From NCBI RefSeq assembly GCF_000011805.1, contig NC_006840.2: a stretch of 32,000 bases of DNA; one strand, 5' to 3'. The notes under the pieces are model-generated. The model worked only from the letters and a program-made list of their open reading frames with translations, was not told where the DNA came from and did no database searches. Shown here piece after piece: positions 28,436-32,000 of the stretch. A program made the position numbers and the translations under genes. The stretch's first letter is position 1; each line of letters starts with the position of its first letter. The DNA comes from Aliivibrio fischeri ES114 (lineage in GTDB: Bacteria; Pseudomonadota; Gammaproteobacteria; Enterobacterales; Vibrionaceae).

Positions 28436-28519
28436 TCCGGGGCTTTATTTTGGCACGAGGGCTCAAAAATTGATTTTTTTGGGCCAATTTAATTTTTATA
28501 CAAAGCAAAAGAGGACGAT

Positions 28520-28768
28520 ATGGTTACCATTCGTTTGGCACGTCACGGCGCTAAGAAGCGTCCATTCTATCAAATCGTTGTAGCGGACAGCCGTTTCAAA
28601 GCAACTGGTCGTTACATTGAGAAAGTAGGTTTCTTTAACCCTACAGCACAAGGTCAAGAAGAAGGTCTACGTTTAGATCTAGACCGTGTTGGCCACTGGG
28701 TTGAGCAAGGCGCTGGTCTTTCTGATCGTGTAGCTAAGCTAGTTAAAGACGCTAAAAAAGCGGCTTAA
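28520..28768 (+). CDS. rpsP: 30S ribosomal protein S16
   Basis: 82 aa. [25 protein letters not shown]... is near-identical to E. coli S16. Confidence 0.98.
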   Translation: MVTIRLARHGAKKRPFYQIVVADSRFKATGRYIEKVGFFNPTAQGQEEGLRLDLDRVGHWVEQGAGLSDRVAKLVKDAKKAA

Positions 28769-28795
28769 TATTAGTTGGTTAAAGGTAAAGAATTT

Positions 28796-29323
28796 ATGAG
28801 TAAGCAAGACGAAGTTATTGTTGTAGGTAAGTTTGGTGCTTCCTATGGTATTCGTGGATGGTTGAAAGTAGTTTCTTTTACAGATCAACCTGAAAGTATT
28901 TTCGACTACAAACCTTGGCTTATCCAAGTTAAAGGTGAATGGGTCGAGTTTTCAGTTGAAAGCTGGAAACGTCATAAAGGTTTGGTGTGCAAACTGAAAG
29001 GGTTAGATGTTCGAGAAGAAGCTCAAACATATACTAACCTAGAAATTGCAGTTAAAGCAGACGCACTACCTGAGCTGTCAGAAGATGAATTCTACTGGCG
29101 TGAATTGTTTGGTATGGAAGTGGTTACAACTAAAGGCTATGCGCTTGGCGTTGTTGACGACATTTTTGAAACCGGATCAAACGATGTTCTTGTAGTCAAA
29201 GCCAACCTGAAAGATGCTTTTGGTAAAAAGGAACGATTGATTCCTTTTATTGATGAGCAAGTGATCAAATTAATTGATCGTGAAGCTCAACGGATCGAAG
29301 TTGACTGGGATCCTGGGTTTTAA
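28796..29323 (+). CDS. rimM: Ribosome maturation factor RimM
   Basis: From the ATG at 28796 it reads [25 protein letters not shown]...IEVDWDPGF, colinear with E. coli RimM. The track start at 28775 is a TTG 7 codons upstream and is less likely. Confidence 0.93.
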   Translation: MSKQDEVIVVGKFGASYGIRGWLKVVSFTDQPESIFDYKPWLIQVKGEWVEFSVESWKRHKGLVCKLKGLDVREEAQTYTNLEIAVKADALPELSEDEFYWRELFGMEVVTTKGYALGVVDDIFETGSNDVLVVKANLKDAFGKKERLIPFIDEQVIKLIDREAQRIEVDWDPGF

Positions 29324-29345
29324 CCCCTAGGTAAAGCGAGGGCAC

Positions 29346-30095
29346 ATGTGGGTTGGCGTTATTAGCCTATTTCCTGAAATGTTCCGTTCGGTTACCGATT
29401 TTGGGGTAACTAGCCAAGCAATAAAAAAAGGTCTTTTATCTATTGAGACATGGAATCCTAGAGATTTCACTCATGATAAACATCGCACTGTTGATGACCG
29501 ACCTTATGGTGGTGGTCCTGGAATGTTAATGATGGTACAGCCTTTGCGCGATGCCATTACTGCAGCCAGAGAAGCGTCACCCGGCAAAACGAAAGTGATT
29601 TACCTTTCACCTCAAGGCAGAACGCTGAATCAAGCTGGTGTTGAGGAGTTAGCGACAAACGAGAATTTAATTCTAATTTGTGGCCGATACGAAGGTGTAG
29701 ATGAGCGCATAATACAATCTGAAGTTGACGAAGAATGGTCAATTGGGGATTTTGTGCTTACAGGTGGGGAACTCCCTGCTATGACGTTGATTGATTCTGT
29801 ATCTCGGTTTGTTCCGGGTGTATTAGGTGATTTCGCGTCCGCTGAAGAAGATTCTTTTGCAGACGGTTTGTTAGATTGTCCGCACTATACAAGACCTGAG
29901 GTTTTGGATGGTAAGGAAGTACCTAGTGTACTTAAATCTGGAAACCATAAAGATATCGCTCGTTGGCGAATGAAACAATCGTTAGGCCGTACTTGGCTAA
30001 GAAGACCAGAGCTCCTGGGAAATCTAGCTCTGACTGACGAACAGGAATTATTACTGGCTGAGTTTGTTCGTGAAGAACGCCAGAACAGTAAGTAA
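29346..30095 (+). CDS. trmD: tRNA (guanine37-N1)-methyltransferase TrmD
   Basis: 249 aa. [22 protein letters not shown]...[18 protein letters not shown]... is colinear with E. coli TrmD. Confidence 0.97.
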   Translation: MWVGVISLFPEMFRSVTDFGVTSQAIKKGLLSIETWNPRDFTHDKHRTVDDRPYGGGPGMLMMVQPLRDAITAAREASPGKTKVIYLSPQGRTLNQAGVEELATNENLILICGRYEGVDERIIQSEVDEEWSIGDFVLTGGELPAMTLIDSVSRFVPGVLGDFASAEEDSFADGLLDCPHYTRPEVLDGKEVPSVLKSGNHKDIARWRMKQSLGRTWLRRPELLGNLALTDEQELLLAEFVREERQNSK

Positions 30096-30136
30096 TTAAG
30101 TAAATTTAGTATCAGTTTATTCTAGGATATACAAAA

Positions 30137-30490
30137 ATGAGCAACATCATTAAAGCTCTTGAAGATGAGCAACTAAAACAAGACCTACCTAAATTCGCTC
30201 CAGGTGACACTGTAGTAGTTCAGGTTAAAGTTAAAGAAGGTGACCGTGAGCGTCTACAGGCATTCGAAGGCGTTGTAATCGCTATTCGTAACCGTGGTCT
30301 ACACTCTGCGTTCACTGTACGTAAGATTTCTAACGGTGAAGGTGTTGAGCGTACGTTCCAAACACACTCTCCAGTTGTAAACAGCATCGAAGTTAAACGT
30401 CGCGGTGCAGTACGTCGTGCCAAGTTGTACTACCTACGTGAGCGTTCTGGTAAATCAGCTCGTATCAAAGAGAAGCTGGCTAAAAAGTAA
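30137..30490 (+). CDS. rplS: 50S ribosomal protein L19
   Basis: 117 aa. [49 protein letters not shown]... is canonical L19. Confidence 0.98.
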
Positions 30491-30521
30491 CGCACACGAG
30501 AACGTTCTCAAATGTGCTATG

Positions 30522-30553
30522 AAGGTGCGCTGTTATCAGCGCACCTTTTTTTA
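30522..30553 (+). terminator. Rho-independent terminator of the rpsP operon
   Basis: An 11-bp stem, aaggtgcgctg (30522..30532) / cagcgcacctt (30537..30547), with loop ttat, followed by a T-run. Confidence 0.85.
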
Positions 30554-30568
30554 TATCTAAATTAAAAC

Positions 30569-30586
30569 TGTAAACTTAAATTTACG
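30569..30586. promoter_or_regulatory. TyrR-box-like palindrome 1 upstream of aroF
   Basis: TGTAAA-cttaaa-TTTACg matches the E. coli TyrR box consensus TGTAAA-N6-TTTACA at 11 of 12 positions. Its right half could double as a -35 (TTTACG), with TATTAT at 30603..30608 lying 16 nt downstream. Confidence 0.55.
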
Positions 30587-30600
30587 ATATAAAATAAAAT

Positions 30601-30618
30601 TGTATTATATTAATTACA
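30601..30618. promoter_or_regulatory. TyrR-box-like palindrome 2 (weaker)
   Basis: TGTAtt-atatta-aTTACA matches at 9 of 12 positions, is symmetric, and overlaps the candidate -10. Confidence 0.35.
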
Positions 30619-30678
30619 ATGGTTGATTTATGTGCTGTACCTGTTAAATTATTTGTATTCGTCTTAATTGACAGTTAA

Positions 30679-30696
30679 TGGAAATAAAAGTTTACA
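30679..30696. promoter_or_regulatory. TyrR-box-like palindrome 3, just upstream of the aroF ribosome-binding site
   Basis: TgGAAA-taaaag-TTTACA matches at 11 of 12 positions and ends 10 nt before the ATG at 30707. Confidence 0.45.
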
Positions 30697-30706
30697 GGTG
30701 TAGGGT

Positions 30707-31780
30707 ATGAGAAAAAGTGAATTAAGTAATATCAATATTATCGATGAGCAGGTGCTGATCACTCCACAAGAGCTTAAAAATAAGATCCCTTTAAGCGAAA
30801 ATGCTCGCCAGTTTATCCAACAATCCCGTCAAACTATTTCTAATATCATTCATAAAAAAGATCACCGTCTATTAATTGTTTGTGGACCATGTTCAATTCA
30901 TGATATCGATGCAGCAAAAGAATATGCAAAACGTTTAAAGGTGATCGCAGAAGATCTAAAAGATCAACTGTACATTGTTATGCGTGTCTACTTTGAAAAA
31001 CCACGAACTACAGTAGGCTGGAAAGGCTTGATTAATGATCCTCATCTTGATGGTTCATTTGATATTGAACAAGGTCTACATTCTGCACGACAATTATTAG
31101 TTGATTTAGCTGAGATGGAAATCCCTCTGGCAACAGAAGCACTAGATCCAATTAGTCCGCAATACATTGGTGATACATTTAGTTGGGCTGCGATTGGGGC
31201 TCGAACCACTGAATCTCAAACTCACCGTGAAATGGCAAGTGGTTTATCTGTTCCTGTAGGCTTTAAAAATGGTACTGATGGCAGCTTATCGACATCGATT
31301 AATGCAATGCAAGCTGCGGCTTCTGGACACCGTTTCATGGGGATTAATAGCGAAGGTCAGGTTGCTTTACTTACAACCCAAGGTAACCCTAATGGTCATG
31401 TTATTTTACGTGGTGGTAAACAAACTAATTATGATTCGGTTTCAGTAACAGAGTGTGAAGAAGAATTAGCAAATTCAAATTTAGATGCGGCTTTAATGAT
31501 TGATTGTAGTCACGCAAATTCACGCAAAGATTACCGTCGTCAGCCTTTAGTTGCTGAAGATGTTATTCATCAAATTCGTGAAGGTAATAAATCGATTATT
31601 GGATTGATGATTGAGAGTCATTTAAATGAAGGTAATCAACCATCAGATATACCATTGTCTGAGATGAAATATGGCGTATCTATTACAGATGCCTGTATCA
31701 ATTGGGAATCAACTGAGGCACTATTACGTCATACTCACAAAGAATTAACTCCGATATTGGAAGAGCGTTTAAAAGGATAG
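30707..31780 (+). CDS. aroF: 3-deoxy-7-phosphoheptulonate (DAHP) synthase, class I-alpha, Tyr-sensitive type
   Basis: 357 aa, colinear with E. coli AroF (IIDEQVLITPQELK..., LLIVCGPCSIHD, VMRVYFEKPRTTVGWKGLINDPHLDGSF, IGARTTESQTHREMASGLS.PVGFKNGTDGS). The gene immediately downstream is tyrA, as in the E. coli aroF-tyrA operon. Confidence 0.9.
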   Translation: MRKSELSNINIIDEQVLITPQELKNKIPLSENARQFIQQSRQTISNIIHKKDHRLLIVCGPCSIHDIDAAKEYAKRLKVIAEDLKDQLYIVMRVYFEKPRTTVGWKGLINDPHLDGSFDIEQGLHSARQLLVDLAEMEIPLATEALDPISPQYIGDTFSWAAIGARTTESQTHREMASGLSVPVGFKNGTDGSLSTSINAMQAAASGHRFMGINSEGQVALLTTQGNPNGHVILRGGKQTNYDSVSVTECEEELANSNLDAALMIDCSHANSRKDYRRQPLVAEDVIHQIREGNKSIIGLMIESHLNEGNQPSDIPLSEMKYGVSITDACINWESTEALLRHTHKELTPILEERLKG

Positions 31781-31786
31781 ATTGAG

Positions 31787-32000
31787 ATGGCGGTAGAACT
31801 AAGTCATTTACGCGATCAAATTGATGCGGTAGATAAACAGATGTTGGATCTTTTAGCTCAACGCTTACATTTAGTTGAGCTGGTTGGTGAAGTAAAAAGT
31901 GCACATGGATTGCCTATTTATGATCCAAGCCGAGAAGCGGCAATGTTAGCATCAAGACGCTCAGAGGCTGAAAAAAAAGGCGTACCGCCCTCATTAATTG
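31787..32000 (+). CDS. tyrA: Bifunctional chorismate mutase / prephenate dehydrogenase TyrA (N-terminal 71 codons; continues beyond the window)
   Basis: Not in the ORF track because it is open at the right edge. Hand translation from the ATG at 31787 gives [71 protein letters not shown], colinear with E. coli TyrA ([71 protein letters not shown]). Confidence 0.9.
   Translation, partial: MAVELSHLRDQIDAVDKQMLDLLAQRLHLVELVGEVKSAHGLPIYDPSREAAMLASRRSEAEKKGVPPSLI

Noticed and set aside
28460-28485. A 10-bp hairpin (ggctcaaaaa / tttttgggcc) in the rpsP leader, considered as an attenuator.
   Set aside because: The stem is mostly A-U pairs and is not followed by an uninterrupted U-run. That is not sufficient evidence for an attenuator from sequence alone.

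Overview
Core-chromosome segment of an AT-rich gammaproteobacterium. Gene content and order look Vibrionaceae-like (Aliivibrio/Vibrio); this rests on my recollection of E. coli, V. cholerae and Pseudomonas proteins and synteny, not on a database search. Layout: codB' <- acyl-CoA ligase <- mutS | pncC -> recA -> alaS -> aspartokinase -> csrA -> tRNA operon (Ser-Arg-Ser-Arg-Arg-Arg-Arg-[disrupted Arg]-Arg-Arg) -> oadGAB -> yqaA -> M16 lipoprotein peptidase -> gshA -> SLT-like lipoprotein -> luxS | <- yfjD/corB <- ypjD | ffh -> rpsP-rimM-trmD-rplS -> aroF-tyrA'. Nearly every ORF of meaningful size is a recognisable housekeeping gene. I see no defence island, phage or transposon gene, CRISPR array, toxin-antitoxin pair or orphan multi-gene cluster, so I do not think this window holds a novel multi-gene system. 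Four things are out of the ordinary. (1) A near-perfect two-copy tandem duplication of about 497 bp lies between codB and the acyl-CoA ligase gene; it carries a terminator, a promoter-like element and the last 81 nt of the ligase gene. (2) One tRNA-Arg(ACG) gene in the array has its internal portion replaced by a 379-nt diverged paralog of the region leading into oadG, including a truncated oadG'. (3) The left part of the tRNA-Arg array consists of homogenised 144-nt tandem units, while the right part is diverged. (4) Three TyrR-box-like palindromes lie upstream of aroF-tyrA. Several ORF-track starts are over-extended (mutS, alaS, yqaA, rimM, possibly yfjD), and I give revised starts for them.
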